A model generated the notes under the pieces. The model ran no database searches. It saw nothing but the letters and a program-made list of their open reading frames with translations, and was not told the origin of the DNA. A program made the position numbers and the translations under genes. From positions 1,107,893 to 1,171,892 of the forward strand of contig OZ244883.1 of assembly GCA_965221375.1 (NCBI GenBank): 64,000 nucleotides of DNA, read 5' to 3'. Positions 11,225 to 20,046 of this stretch are shown piece after piece (the stretch's first letter is position 1; each line of letters begins with the position of its first letter). Origin of the DNA: an uncultured candidatus Porisulfidus sp. (GTDB lineage Bacteria; Pseudomonadota; Gammaproteobacteria; Poriferisulfidales; Poriferisulfidaceae).

Positions 11225-12349
11225 TTAGGCCTGCATTTTTCCTCCAATCACTTCCTCTATATTCGCAAGTGTCGGCTCGACACTGAGCAATTCAACGCCC
11301 TCCACCACACTGGGGTCCTTCAGACCATGCCCCGTCAAAGTGCACACCACGGTACTGCCATCTTCAATCTTTCCACTTTTAATATCACGCATCGCACCGG
11401 CCACTGACGTGGCGGAAGCCGGTTCGCAAAAAATACCCTCCCGACTCGCCAATTGGCTTTGCATGTCCAAGATTTCTTCATCGGTGCATTCATCAAACCA
11501 GCCTTCGGATTCGCGACTGGCCGCCCACGCATAATCCCAACTTTGAGGATGCCCGATGCGAATCGCCGTCGCACGTGTTTCCGGTTTATCCACCCAAGTC
11601 CCGCGCAAAAACGGTGCACTGCCAGCCGCCTGGTAACCCAACATGCGCGGACGTGAATCGGTTTTCTGAAAAGGCGTGAACTCACAGACGTCCTGGCAAA
11701 ACATGCAGGCTTCCGTCGCTGGGTCCCGTTGCCCAACCAGTTCACAATAGCCAATCCAATGCGCCGTAATATTCCCGGCATTACCCACCGGCAGGCAGTG
11801 ATAATCCGGAGCCGCACCCAAAGCGTCTGCAATCTCAAACGATGCGGTTTTTTGACCTTGCAGCCGATACGGATTAATCGAATTGACAATCGTCACCGGC
11901 ATAGATTCGGAAACCTCGCGCACCAGGCGCATGCCATCGTCAAAGTTTCCTTTAATTTGCAAAATGGTGGCACCGTGCATGATTGCCTGAGCAATCTTCC
12001 CCAACGCCACATTCCCTTCCGGAATGAGCACGAAACATTCCATGCCCGCCCGAGCCGCGTAAGCGGCTGCGGACGCGGAAGTATTTCCGGTCGAAGCACA
12101 GATAATCGCTTTGCTGCCTTCCTCGTAGGCCCGTGTCACCGCGACCGTCATGCCCCGGTCCTTAAAAGAACCGGTGGGATTCAATCCCTCGAATTTGGCA
12201 AACACCTTGCAGGTCGTGCCCCACAGGCGCGGCAGGTTCTTCAACTCGATTAGAGGGGTGTCCCCTTCACACAAAGTCACCGCCGGGGTGTCTTCGCGAA
12301 TCGGCAATACGGCCCGATAACGGTCAATCAGTCCGGTGTAATGAGCCAT
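11225..12349 (-). CDS. thrC: threonine synthase
   Basis: 374 aa; PLP-lysine motif [10 protein letters not shown], short-type ThrC; downstream of hom in the aminotransferase-hom-thrC arrangement. Confidence 0.88.
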   Translation of the reverse strand: MAHYTGLIDRYRAVLPIREDTPAVTLCEGDTPLIELKNLPRLWGTTCKVFAKFEGLNPTGSFKDRGMTVAVTRAYEEGSKAIICASTGNTSASAAAYAARAGMECFVLIPEGNVALGKIAQAIMHGATILQIKGNFDDGMRLVREVSESMPVTIVNSINPYRLQGQKTASFEIADALGAAPDYHCLPVGNAGNITAHWIGYCELVGQRDPATEACMFCQDVCEFTPFQKTDSRPRMLGYQAAGSAPFLRGTWVDKPETRATAIRIGHPQSWDYAWAASRESEGWFDECTDEEILDMQSQLASREGIFCEPASATSVAGAMRDIKSGKIEDGSTVVCTLTGHGLKDPSVVEGVELLSVEPTLANIEEVIGGKMQA

Positions 12350-12361
12350 GCCACTTGCTTG

Positions 12362-13684
12362 TCAGCGCAACGTTTCGATACGAATTCTCTGCACTTGAGA
12401 AACCACATCATCCAATTCCTCAATCCGCGCAATCGCCTTGTTGATGCGCTCTTCCGGCACCTTATGCGTCAGGAAAATGACCGGGACGCCCTGCTGAGTT
12501 TCCCCATTTTCGGGCTCCTGTTGGCGAATCGCTTCGATGCTGATCTCCAGGTCGCCCAAAATATGAGTCACCGCAGCCAACACGCCCGGGCGGTCCATTG
12601 CCAACAGTTTTAAGTAACAAGGCGTGTCGACTTGCCCCATTGGCACAACCGGCAAGTCATCCAGCGCATGAGGCTGGTAGGCCAAGTGAGGAACCCGATT
12701 CTCAGCGTCAGTGGTCAGAGTACGAACAACATCCACCAGGTCGGCGATCACCGCCGAAGCGGTAGGGTCTCCTCCGGCTCCCGCGCCGTAATACAGGTGG
12801 GCACCCGCGGCATCCGCTTTGACAACGACCGCATTCATCACCCCGTCGACGTTCGCGATCAGGCGCGAACGCGGAATCAAGGTTGGATGCACTCGTAACT
12901 CCACTCCGTCATCCACACGTTTGGCGATCCCCAAGTGCTTGATCCGGTAACCCAGGTCTCGGGCATCTGCAATGTTCTCGGTGGTGATGGCTTCGATTCC
13001 TTCCACATAGACGCGCTCGAAAGATAACGGAAACCCAAAAGCGATGGATGCCAGGATGGTCAGTTTATGCGCGGCATCCGTACCGTTGACATCGAACGCC
13101 GGGTCCGCCTCCGCATATCCCAACCGCTGCGCCTCCCGCAGAATCTCGTCATAAGAGCTTCCCTGGCGTTCCATGGCCGTCAGCATGTAGTTGCAGGTGC
13201 CATTGATGATTCCCGCAACCCACTCAATGCGATTGCCGCTCAAACTCTCACGAATGTTTTTGATGATGGGGATACTGCCGGCAACCGCCGCTTCAAAAGC
13301 CACATTGATCCCTTGCTGCTCGGCGCACGCAAAGATTTCGCTTCCATGCAGAGCAATCAAATGCTTGTTCGCCGTAATGACCGGCTTGTTGTTCTCAATC
13401 GCGCGAAGCACCAGCTCCCGCGCCGGCTCCACGCCTCCAATCAATTCGATGACCACATCAATTTCAGGATCATTCACAATCTCCCAGGGATCCTGAGTCA
13501 ACCGAACCTCTGTCAGATCACAGTCGCGCTGCTGCTGCAGGTCACGCGCACAGGCTGCCGTAATGCGCAGATGCCGACCGGCGCGCCGCTCGATTTCCTC
13601 CTGATTGCGGGTCAACGCACGAATGACGCCGCTGCCGACGCATCCCAGGCCAAGAAGTCCCACCCGCATCATGTTCGCTGTCAT
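12362..13684 (-). CDS. hom: homoserine dehydrogenase
   Basis: 440 aa; MRVGLLGLGCVGSGV NAD-binding N-terminus, catalytic core, C-terminal ACT domain. True start probably the MMRVG Met 4-5 codons downstream of the ORF-track start. Confidence 0.88.
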   Translation of the reverse strand: MTANMMRVGLLGLGCVGSGVIRALTRNQEEIERRAGRHLRITAACARDLQQQRDCDLTEVRLTQDPWEIVNDPEIDVVIELIGGVEPARELVLRAIENNKPVITANKHLIALHGSEIFACAEQQGINVAFEAAVAGSIPIIKNIRESLSGNRIEWVAGIINGTCNYMLTAMERQGSSYDEILREAQRLGYAEADPAFDVNGTDAAHKLTILASIAFGFPLSFERVYVEGIEAITTENIADARDLGYRIKHLGIAKRVDDGVELRVHPTLIPRSRLIANVDGVMNAVVVKADAAGAHLYYGAGAGGDPTASAVIADLVDVVRTLTTDAENRVPHLAYQPHALDDLPVVPMGQVDTPCYLKLLAMDRPGVLAAVTHILGDLEISIEAIRQQEPENGETQQGVPVIFLTHKVPEERINKAIARIEELDDVVSQVQRIRIETLR

Positions 13685-14865
13685 TATGCGTTCCTCAGCA
13701 TGGCTTTGATATTGCGCAATGCCTGTCGCGTACGTTGCGTGTTTTCAATCAAACTGAAACGCACGTGTCCGTTACCATTTTGGCCGAAGCCGACCCCCGG
13801 AGACACCGCAACGTGTGCATGCTTGAGCAGGCGCTTGCTGAATTCCAAGGATCCCAAATCAGCGAATTCCGGCGGAATGGGTGCCCATACAAACATCGTA
13901 GCGCGAGGCTTCTCAACTTGCCAACCCATGGCGTTGAGCCCCTCGCACAAGACATCGCGCCGTCGCTGGTACATCTGGCGGATTTCCTGCACACAATCCT
14001 GCGGACCTTCGAGCGCGGCGATGGCGGCCACTTGAATCGGGGTGAAAAGACCATAGTCAACATAAGATTTAATGCGGGCCAACGCACTCACCAGTCGAGT
14101 ATTCCCGCACATAAAGCCGACCCGCCAACCCGGCATGTTATAGGACTTGGACAAGGTGTAGAACTCCACCGCAACTTTTTTCGCATCCTTCACCTGCAAA
14201 ATGGAAGGCACCTCGTAGTCATCGAACGTCAGCTCCCCATATGCAATATCCTGAACCACCCACATTTTATGTTCCCGCGCAATGTCGACAACCGCTCGAT
14301 AAAAATCCAGCCCCACGCAATGTCCCGTCGGATTGCACGGGAAATTAAGCAGTAACATTCTCGGACGCGGCCAGCAGTTTTCAATGGTCTTCTGCAACGA
14401 TTCCAGAAACTGCTCCTCATCCTCATCAATAGGCACGTAATTGAGTTCGGCGCCGGCGATTACACAACTGTAGGGGTGGATGGGGTACGCGGGATTCGGC
14501 ACCACCGCCGTATCGCCCGGCGACAACACCGCCTGCGCCAAGTGCGCCAATCCTTCCTTGGAGCCAATCGTCACAATCGCTTCGCGTTCCGGGTCAATCT
14601 CAACATCGAATTTGCGTCGGTACCAGTTCGCCACCGCCGAACGCAACCGCGGAATGCCCCGCGAACTGGAATAGCGGTGCGTGTCGCCCCGTGCAACCGT
14701 TTCACAGAGCTTGTCAACAATATGCTGCGGCGTGGGCTGATCCGGATTGCCCATGCCAAAATCAATGACATCTTCGCCTCGTTGGCGGGCTTGAGTTCTT
14801 AAGTCGCTGACTATGCTGAATACATAGGGAGGCAAGCGCGAGATGCGCTGAAATTCTTCAGTCAC
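13684..14865 (-). CDS. class I pyridoxal-phosphate aminotransferase (AlaC-like alanine/aspartate aminotransferase)
   Basis: 393 aa; FGMGNPDQPTP, NPxNPTG-like (NFPCNPTG), PLP-lysine YTLSKSYNMPGWRVGF; gene immediately precedes hom-thrC as in many beta/gamma-proteobacteria. Confidence 0.8.
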   Translation of the reverse strand: MTEEFQRISRLPPYVFSIVSDLRTQARQRGEDVIDFGMGNPDQPTPQHIVDKLCETVARGDTHRYSSSRGIPRLRSAVANWYRRKFDVEIDPEREAIVTIGSKEGLAHLAQAVLSPGDTAVVPNPAYPIHPYSCVIAGAELNYVPIDEDEEQFLESLQKTIENCWPRPRMLLLNFPCNPTGHCVGLDFYRAVVDIAREHKMWVVQDIAYGELTFDDYEVPSILQVKDAKKVAVEFYTLSKSYNMPGWRVGFMCGNTRLVSALARIKSYVDYGLFTPIQVAAIAALEGPQDCVQEIRQMYQRRRDVLCEGLNAMGWQVEKPRATMFVWAPIPPEFADLGSLEFSKRLLKHAHVAVSPGVGFGQNGNGHVRFSLIENTQRTRQALRNIKAMLRNA

Positions 14866-14951
14866 GGAGCCAAGCAGTCCAAAATTTTGCTAAGTACAAT
14901 GGGAGAAAGGCGGCAAACACCTTATTTAACTGCCATTATAGTCAAATCACC

Positions 14952-15326
14952 ATGCGTTTCGCAGAAGATCGCGCCCCGGCAGATTTTGTGATTCAGTCCT
15001 GCTCTTCGGACGGACTCATCATCAATGATCAACGCCATACGGAAAGCGTGTTGCTTCTGCCCGCCCAGCCCTTGCAGGTCTGGCCGGCCCAGGCGGACAC
15101 GCTGTTGACTCTGCAGCACTTTTCATCCGTTCTTGCCTGCCAGCCTGAATTGCTCCTTCTCGGCACCGGCCCTACCCTGAAATTGCCGGACCCGGAAATT
15201 TATGGAACCCTGCTGGAGCAAAAAATCGGTTTGGAGGCCATGACCACCGCCGCCGCCTGCCGCACCTACAACCTGCTCGCCCAAGATGGCCGAAAAGTCG
15301 CCGCCGGCCTCATCTTGCCGGCCTGA
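14952..15326 (+). CDS. Mth938-like / DUF498 family small protein
   Basis: 124 aa; LLLGTGPTLKLP...LEQKIGLEAMTTAAACRTYNLLAQDGRKVAAGLIL matches my memory of the Mth938-like fold family consensus. Confidence 0.55.
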   Translation: MRFAEDRAPADFVIQSCSSDGLIINDQRHTESVLLLPAQPLQVWPAQADTLLTLQHFSSVLACQPELLLLGTGPTLKLPDPEIYGTLLEQKIGLEAMTTAAACRTYNLLAQDGRKVAAGLILPA

Positions 15327-15348
15327 CCCAGACCGCATTTTGCGCTGA

Positions 15349-16107
15349 TCAGCGCTTAGGCAGGTATTTCAAAGGATTGACCGGCGTTCCTTTACGCCGC
15401 ATCTCAAAATGCAACTGCGGCCGATCCGCGCCTGTCTTGCCCATATAGGCAATGGTTTGTCCTGCTCGGATTTGTTCACCCTCGGCCACCAATAGACGAT
15501 CATTGTGGGCATATGCAGTTAAGAATTCATTGGCATGCTGCACGATGACCAGACGCCCGTACCCAATCAGCCCTTCACCGCTGTAGACCACCGTCCCTCC
15601 TGCGGAAGCCACGATCTTTTGATTCATTTTCCCGGAAATAAGAATGCCCTGCTTGCCGGATGATTTGGGTGAAAATTTTCGAATCACCTTGCCTTGGGTC
15701 GGCCAAAGCCAAGTGATTTTTCCGGAAGAAGATCCCCCGCTCGATGCATAGGCAGGTTGCTTGGGCTTTTGGCTCTTGGGCTTTTGTGGCTTGCTGGCAA
15801 CATTCCATGTTTTCGCCGGAATTGTCAACTTCTGTCCGGCTTTTAATTTGTCAGGTTGCTTGATTTTGTTATAACTCGCAATGCGGTGCCAGTCCGTTTT
15901 AAAACATTGCGCAATCTCACTGAGGGTATCGCCTTGGCGAACAACGTAGGCAATAGGTTTATTCCCAACCGGGCGACACGTCACAGCAGAAGGCTCCAGC
16001 ATGTCTTCAATAAAATTTCGAGTGTCGGACCAAAGTGAACATCCGGAAGTGCTGGCGAGCAGCATCACTAGGAATAGGTTCCGGAAAACTCTTGAAATCA
16101 CTGCCAT
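15349..16107 (-). CDS. nlpD: LysM + M23 peptidase lipoprotein (NlpD-like murein hydrolase activator)
   Basis: 252 aa; signal peptide ending LLASTSGCS (lipoprotein-like), LysM (YVVRQGDTLSEIAQCF), Pro/Lys-rich linker, C-terminal M23 domain (HANEFLTAYAHN...GQTIAYMGKTG). Confidence 0.8.
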   Translation of the reverse strand: MAVISRVFRNLFLVMLLASTSGCSLWSDTRNFIEDMLEPSAVTCRPVGNKPIAYVVRQGDTLSEIAQCFKTDWHRIASYNKIKQPDKLKAGQKLTIPAKTWNVASKPQKPKSQKPKQPAYASSGGSSSGKITWLWPTQGKVIRKFSPKSSGKQGILISGKMNQKIVASAGGTVVYSGEGLIGYGRLVIVQHANEFLTAYAHNDRLLVAEGEQIRAGQTIAYMGKTGADRPQLHFEMRRKGTPVNPLKYLPKR

Positions 16108-16667
16108 TCATGCAGCAGGATGACTGCAACCAGCAACCCGGCCAACAACCAACCAATCCACTCGATGTGACGCCGTAGCCAAGGCTCAAAGCGCCCGCCC
16201 ACCCAACGCAACAATCCCGCAACCAGAAAATAGCGGGCACCACGCCCGACGATGGAAGCAATGACAAACAGCGGGAGCGACAACGACATGACGCCGGCGC
16301 TGATCGTAAACGCTTTATAAGGAATCGGCGTGAATGCCGCCACCAGCACAATCCAAACTCCCCATTCGATAAACATCTGCTGAGCCTGAACGAAATGACT
16401 GCCCGTCAGCCAAGGCTCCAACCATCCAAAAACCAACACCCCCAGAAAATAACCGACGACCCCACCGAGGACAGAGGTCACTGTCGCCAGCGCGGCATAT
16501 TCAATCCATCGCCTTGAGTGTGCCAGTACCATCGGCGCAAGCAGCACATCGGCAGGAATCGGAAAAAAAATAGCCTCGACAAAGCTGACCCCACCCAAAA
16601 ACCAACGAGCGCGTTTATGTGCGGCCCAGCTAAGCGTTCGCTCATAAAGAGGATTGAATATGCGCAC
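16098..16667 (-). CDS. yqaA: YqaA-family inner membrane protein (DedA/VTT-related, COG1238)
   Basis: 189 aa; LYERTLSWAAHKRARWFLGGVSFVEAIFFPIPADVLLAPM plus four or more hydrophobic helices; 10-nt overlap with the nlpD-like start suggests co-translation. Confidence 0.7.
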   Translation of the reverse strand: MRIFNPLYERTLSWAAHKRARWFLGGVSFVEAIFFPIPADVLLAPMVLAHSRRWIEYAALATVTSVLGGVVGYFLGVLVFGWLEPWLTGSHFVQAQQMFIEWGVWIVLVAAFTPIPYKAFTISAGVMSLSLPLFVIASIVGRGARYFLVAGLLRWVGGRFEPWLRRHIEWIGWLLAGLLVAVILLHEWQ

Positions 16668-16791
16668 TACAAACTAGTCTTTCCCCCGGAAATATGTAAG
16701 CAAAGCCAAGTGGTTTTGGTGAGGGTGGACTCGGCGGTGGAGCCGCCGAGCACCCAAATCTTCCAGATGATTGCCGAAATTAAGCCAAGTT

Positions 16792-17520
16792 TTACTGGAG
16801 CTGTGTAATAAATGTCAGCGCCGCAATCACCAAACTCGCGGAAATGAAAGAGTACCACATAATCAAAGCTTGCATTTTCGAACTCACCGCGTCAATCTTC
16901 GTATCCATACTTTGGATTTTCCCAGTCATGTCTGCACGCAACGTCTGGATTTCTCCAGTCATGTCTGCGCGCAACGTCTGGATTTCTCCTCGCAGCTCTT
17001 TATGCGCACCGTCCATATCCGAACGTAATGTCTGGATTTCTCCTCGCAGCTCTTTATGTGCACCGTCCATATCCGAGCGCAACGTCTGGATTTCTCCTCG
17101 CAGCTCTTTATGCGCACCGTCCATATCCGAGCGTAATGTCTGGATTTCCCCAGTCATGTCTGTGCGCAACGTTTGGATTTCCCCAGTCATGTCCGCTCGC
17201 AACGTTTGGATTTCCCCAGTCATGTCTGCGCGCAACGTTTGGGTTTCCCCAGTCATGTCTGCGCGCAACGTTTGGGTTTCCCCAGTCATGTCTGCGCGCA
17301 ACGTTTGGGTTTCCCCAGTCATTTCCGAGCGCAACGCTTCAATTTTGCTATCCAAGTGGCGAACATTTTCTTTGGTGGCCAAATGCGGAATCTGTGCCTC
17401 AATACTCGTCAAGCGTTCCGAGATATTGATCACCGCGGCCGATTCAGCCACCAGCTCGGGCACCGGTTCTTGCGAAGACATTGAGGGATTGGCGGGTTGG
17501 GGTTGTGAGGTCATGACCAT
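16792..17520 (-). CDS. membrane-anchored coiled-coil protein, DUF1640-like, with expanded internal tandem repeats
   Basis: ORF-track start 17547 is a TTG; the most likely start is ATG 17520 (MVMTSQ), which has GGAG 7 nt upstream. N-terminus LATKENVRHLDSKIEALRSEM and C-terminal hydrophobic anchor ALIMWYSFISASLVIAALTFITQL resemble bacterial DUF1640 (CCDC90/MCUR1-like) proteins. The middle is 11-aa (TQTLRADMTGE) and 18-aa (IQTLRSDMDGAHKELRGE) repeats. Confidence 0.6.
   Translation of the reverse strand: MVMTSQPQPANPSMSSQEPVPELVAESAAVINISERLTSIEAQIPHLATKENVRHLDSKIEALRSEMTGETQTLRADMTGETQTLRADMTGETQTLRADMTGEIQTLRADMTGEIQTLRTDMTGEIQTLRSDMDGAHKELRGEIQTLRSDMDGAHKELRGEIQTLRSDMDGAHKELRGEIQTLRADMTGEIQTLRADMTGKIQSMDTKIDAVSSKMQALIMWYSFISASLVIAALTFITQLQ
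16922..17340. repeat. in-frame coding tandem repeat array: 2 x 33 bp, 3 x 54 bp, then about 5-6 x 33 bp units
   Basis: Read directly on the + strand: CCAGTCATGTCTGCGCGCAACGTCTGGATTTCT (33 bp) and CCTCGCAGCTCTTTATGCGCACCGTCCATATCCGAACGTAATGTCTGGATTTCT (54 bp). Units differ by only a few point substitutions, with a gradient of divergence. Confidence 0.9.
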
Positions 17521-17885
17521 TTTCTCCATAGGCAAGGCCAAAGTCAAGAGAAGCGCATGGCTGTGGACCTGAGTCTCGCCACTGGGGCGCTTCCGATTAT
17601 ACCCCGCCGCACGAAGCGAATCTTCGGCGAAGGGGAGGATTCCTCATCCTATGTCAGTGATAATCCGAAGTCCAGAAAAAACGGTCAGACCAACCTGCAC
17701 ATTTTTTTTTCACATTTAAATCAATAGATTAACCTTGTTTTTAAGGTTCTGTAGAGACAGATTTTGGCAAGAATGGGCGCGAAAATGCGCTTTTTCAGGG
17801 TGTTCGAGAATATGTCCGAACCCGTTTCAACTTGATTCGTTCAAGTGACACAGGGAAAGGCGGCCCGAATTTGATGGCGTGGCAC

Positions 17886-18566
17886 TTATTTATGGGACAT
17901 GGCATTCGCCTCCCGTACCAAAGGCACAAACAATACATCCGCCAACACTTGCCGCGCCATCCCAGTCTTTCTGCGGGTGTAGCGCACTAGCACTTGTGTC
18001 TCGTGCGGATGCCCTTCCGGCATTACCAAGCATCCGTCTGGCGCCAGTTGCTCGACCAGCGCTTTCGGGATTTTGGGTGTCGCCGCGGTTAGCATAATCG
18101 CATCAAAAGGAGCCCTCTGGGGCCACCCTTCACTCCCATCACCCAACCGCGTAACAACATTACGCAAACCGAGCTCCTTCAGCTTTGAAGTTGCCTGCTG
18201 ATAAAGCTGCGGAATGCATTCGATACTGTAAACCCGCGAGACCAGCTGCGCCAAAATAGCGCATTGGTAACCGGAACCTGTACCAATTTCCAATACTTTT
18301 TTAGGAATCTTCGACTCAAGCAGGGCTTGGGTCATCAGCGCCACAACATAAGGCTGAGAAATCGTTTGCTCATACCCGATCGGCAAGGCGCTGTCCCGGT
18401 ATGCATGATGGGCAACCGCGTCATTTAAAAACCGGTGGCGCGGGGTGCTCAGTATGGCCTGCAGAACCGCTTCATTCGTAATCCCCTTTTTACGTAAGCG
18501 CTCAACCAATCCTTCGCGATGCCGCCGGGCAGTCATCCCGATGCCTTCGTCACGCAATCGCTTCAT
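17886..18566 (-). CDS. pcm: protein-L-isoaspartate O-methyltransferase
   Basis: 226 aa; SQPYVVALMTQAL, SAM motif VLEIGTGSGYQCAILA; 4-nt overlap with surE (surE-pcm operon). Confidence 0.9.
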   Translation of the reverse strand: MKRLRDEGIGMTARRHREGLVERLRKKGITNEAVLQAILSTPRHRFLNDAVAHHAYRDSALPIGYEQTISQPYVVALMTQALLESKIPKKVLEIGTGSGYQCAILAQLVSRVYSIECIPQLYQQATSKLKELGLRNVVTRLGDGSEGWPQRAPFDAIMLTAATPKIPKALVEQLAPDGCLVMPEGHPHETQVLVRYTRRKTGMARQVLADVLFVPLVREANAMSHK

Positions 18567-19318
18567 AACGCGATCTGCCGCAACCAGCCCGCCATTGAAT
18601 CCAGTTCGCTATGCCTCGTTAAATCGACTTTCAAGGGCGTAACAGACACAAACCCCTCACGCACAGCATGAAAATCCGTACCTTCTCCTCCATCCTTGTC
18701 CGCGCCGGGCGGTCCCACTCGCCACACTTGATCACCGCGACCGTCGCGGGTGCAAACAGCCGGTTCAGCGCGGTGTCGATGACCCAAGCGTGTGATGGTC
18801 ATGCCCTTTAGCGCAGATAAAGGCAAATCCGGCACATTGACGTTCAAAATAATTTCGGAAGGCAGTGCGTGTCTTGCCAATTGCCGCACCAGACAATAGG
18901 CGATATGAGCCCCAGTGTCATAGTGCTGGGGTTCAAAAGAATTCATGGAGATTGCGATGGCCGGCAACCCCAAAGTGCGCCCTTCCATGGCCGCCGCGAC
19001 GGTCCCCGAATAAATCACATCATCCCCCAGATTGGGGCCGCTGTTGATGCCGGATACGACCATGTCCGGATCGGATTCCAACAACCCGGTGATTCCCAGG
19101 TGGACACAATCCGTCGGCGTGCCTTCTTCGACGTAATAAAACCCGTTGCTCGCCTCGCGAATATATAAATCCCGGCCCAGTGTCAAAGAATTACTGGCGC
19201 CACTGCGATCGTGCGACGGCGCGATGACAGTCAATTTCGCCAGTTCCTCCAGTCGCTCTGCCAGGCACTCCAGACCCGGCGCGTCATAACCATCATCGTT
19301 ACTGAGCAAAAGATACAT
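18563..19318 (-). CDS. surE: 5'/3'-nucleotidase SurE
   Basis: 251 aa; MYLLLSNDDGYDAPGL N-terminus (DDG metal site), SGINSGPNLGDDVIYSGTVAAAMEG; SurE family. Confidence 0.9.
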   Translation of the reverse strand: MYLLLSNDDGYDAPGLECLAERLEELAKLTVIAPSHDRSGASNSLTLGRDLYIREASNGFYYVEEGTPTDCVHLGITGLLESDPDMVVSGINSGPNLGDDVIYSGTVAAAMEGRTLGLPAIAISMNSFEPQHYDTGAHIAYCLVRQLARHALPSEIILNVNVPDLPLSALKGMTITRLGHRHRAEPAVCTRDGRGDQVWRVGPPGADKDGGEGTDFHAVREGFVSVTPLKVDLTRHSELDSMAGWLRQIAL

Positions 19319-19506
19319 CGCGTCGAATTATCCAAAAAACTACTTGAGCATAACGTATGCAGAAAAAACTAAGGAAGCCCTCAAATAAGTGAGTCGGCGG
19401 GCACAAATCACGCATCCATACGCAACAAATACCGCCTGTCTCAAGTATAGCATTGACCCGCCCTTCAACCCTTATTCCCGTATGATATGTTTGGCGAAGC
19501 CATAAC

Positions 19507-20046
19507 ATGGATGTCGCGATGACTTATGACACGGATGACGATCACGCCACATTTGAAAAAGCCATGGAAGACGTGGCGCCGCTTGGCCAGCGTTCTAAAT
19601 CCGCTCGCTCAGGACACCCTCTCAAAGCGCCTCCGGTCACATCCAAACCGAGTTTCTCTTCACCCGGCCTGCAGGTTGATTTACGCCGCGTTTCACCCAT
19701 TGCAGGGGATTTGATACTGGACTGGAAACGCGCTGGGCTGCTCAACAAGGAGTACCATAAATTGTGCACCGGGCGGCTGACGCCCTCACCCAAAGAATTC
19801 GACCTGCATGGACTGCATATGCACGAAGTCGTGGAACAAATCCACCAGGCAATCTTCGAAACCCACCAGGCGCGGCGACACTCGTTGTGCCTGGTGCATG
19901 GCAAAGGCCTGCGGTCGGGTACAGGCGACTCGCTGGCCAAAGGCGTCGTGGTCGCCGTACTACGCACGCATCCCGAAGTGATGGGCTTTCATAGCGTGCC
20001 GCGCAATACCGGGGCCGTGAATGTCCTGCTGCGGAGACCACGATGA
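19507..20046 (+). CDS. Smr-domain protein (SmrA-like)
   Basis: 179 aa; C-terminal Smr domain DLHGLHMHEVVEQIHQ...LCLVHGKGLRSG; N-terminus low-complexity. Stop overlaps the moeA start (ATGA). Confidence 0.75.
   Translation: MDVAMTYDTDDDHATFEKAMEDVAPLGQRSKSARSGHPLKAPPVTSKPSFSSPGLQVDLRRVSPIAGDLILDWKRAGLLNKEYHKLCTGRLTPSPKEFDLHGLHMHEVVEQIHQAIFETHQARRHSLCLVHGKGLRSGTGDSLAKGVVVAVLRTHPEVMGFHSVPRNTGAVNVLLRRPR

Noticed and set aside
16922-17340. Considered a CRISPR array because of regular direct repeats
   Set aside because: Repeat units are contiguous with no unique spacers, are in-frame coding (11 and 18 codons) and no cas genes are nearby. Called a coding tandem repeat.
16844-17572. 242-aa and 133-aa + strand ORFs across the tandem repeats
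   Set aside because: These are periodic shadow frames created by the repeats (PVMSARNVWIS... units). The minus-strand frame has coiled-coil composition, a family-like N-terminus and a C-terminal TM anchor.
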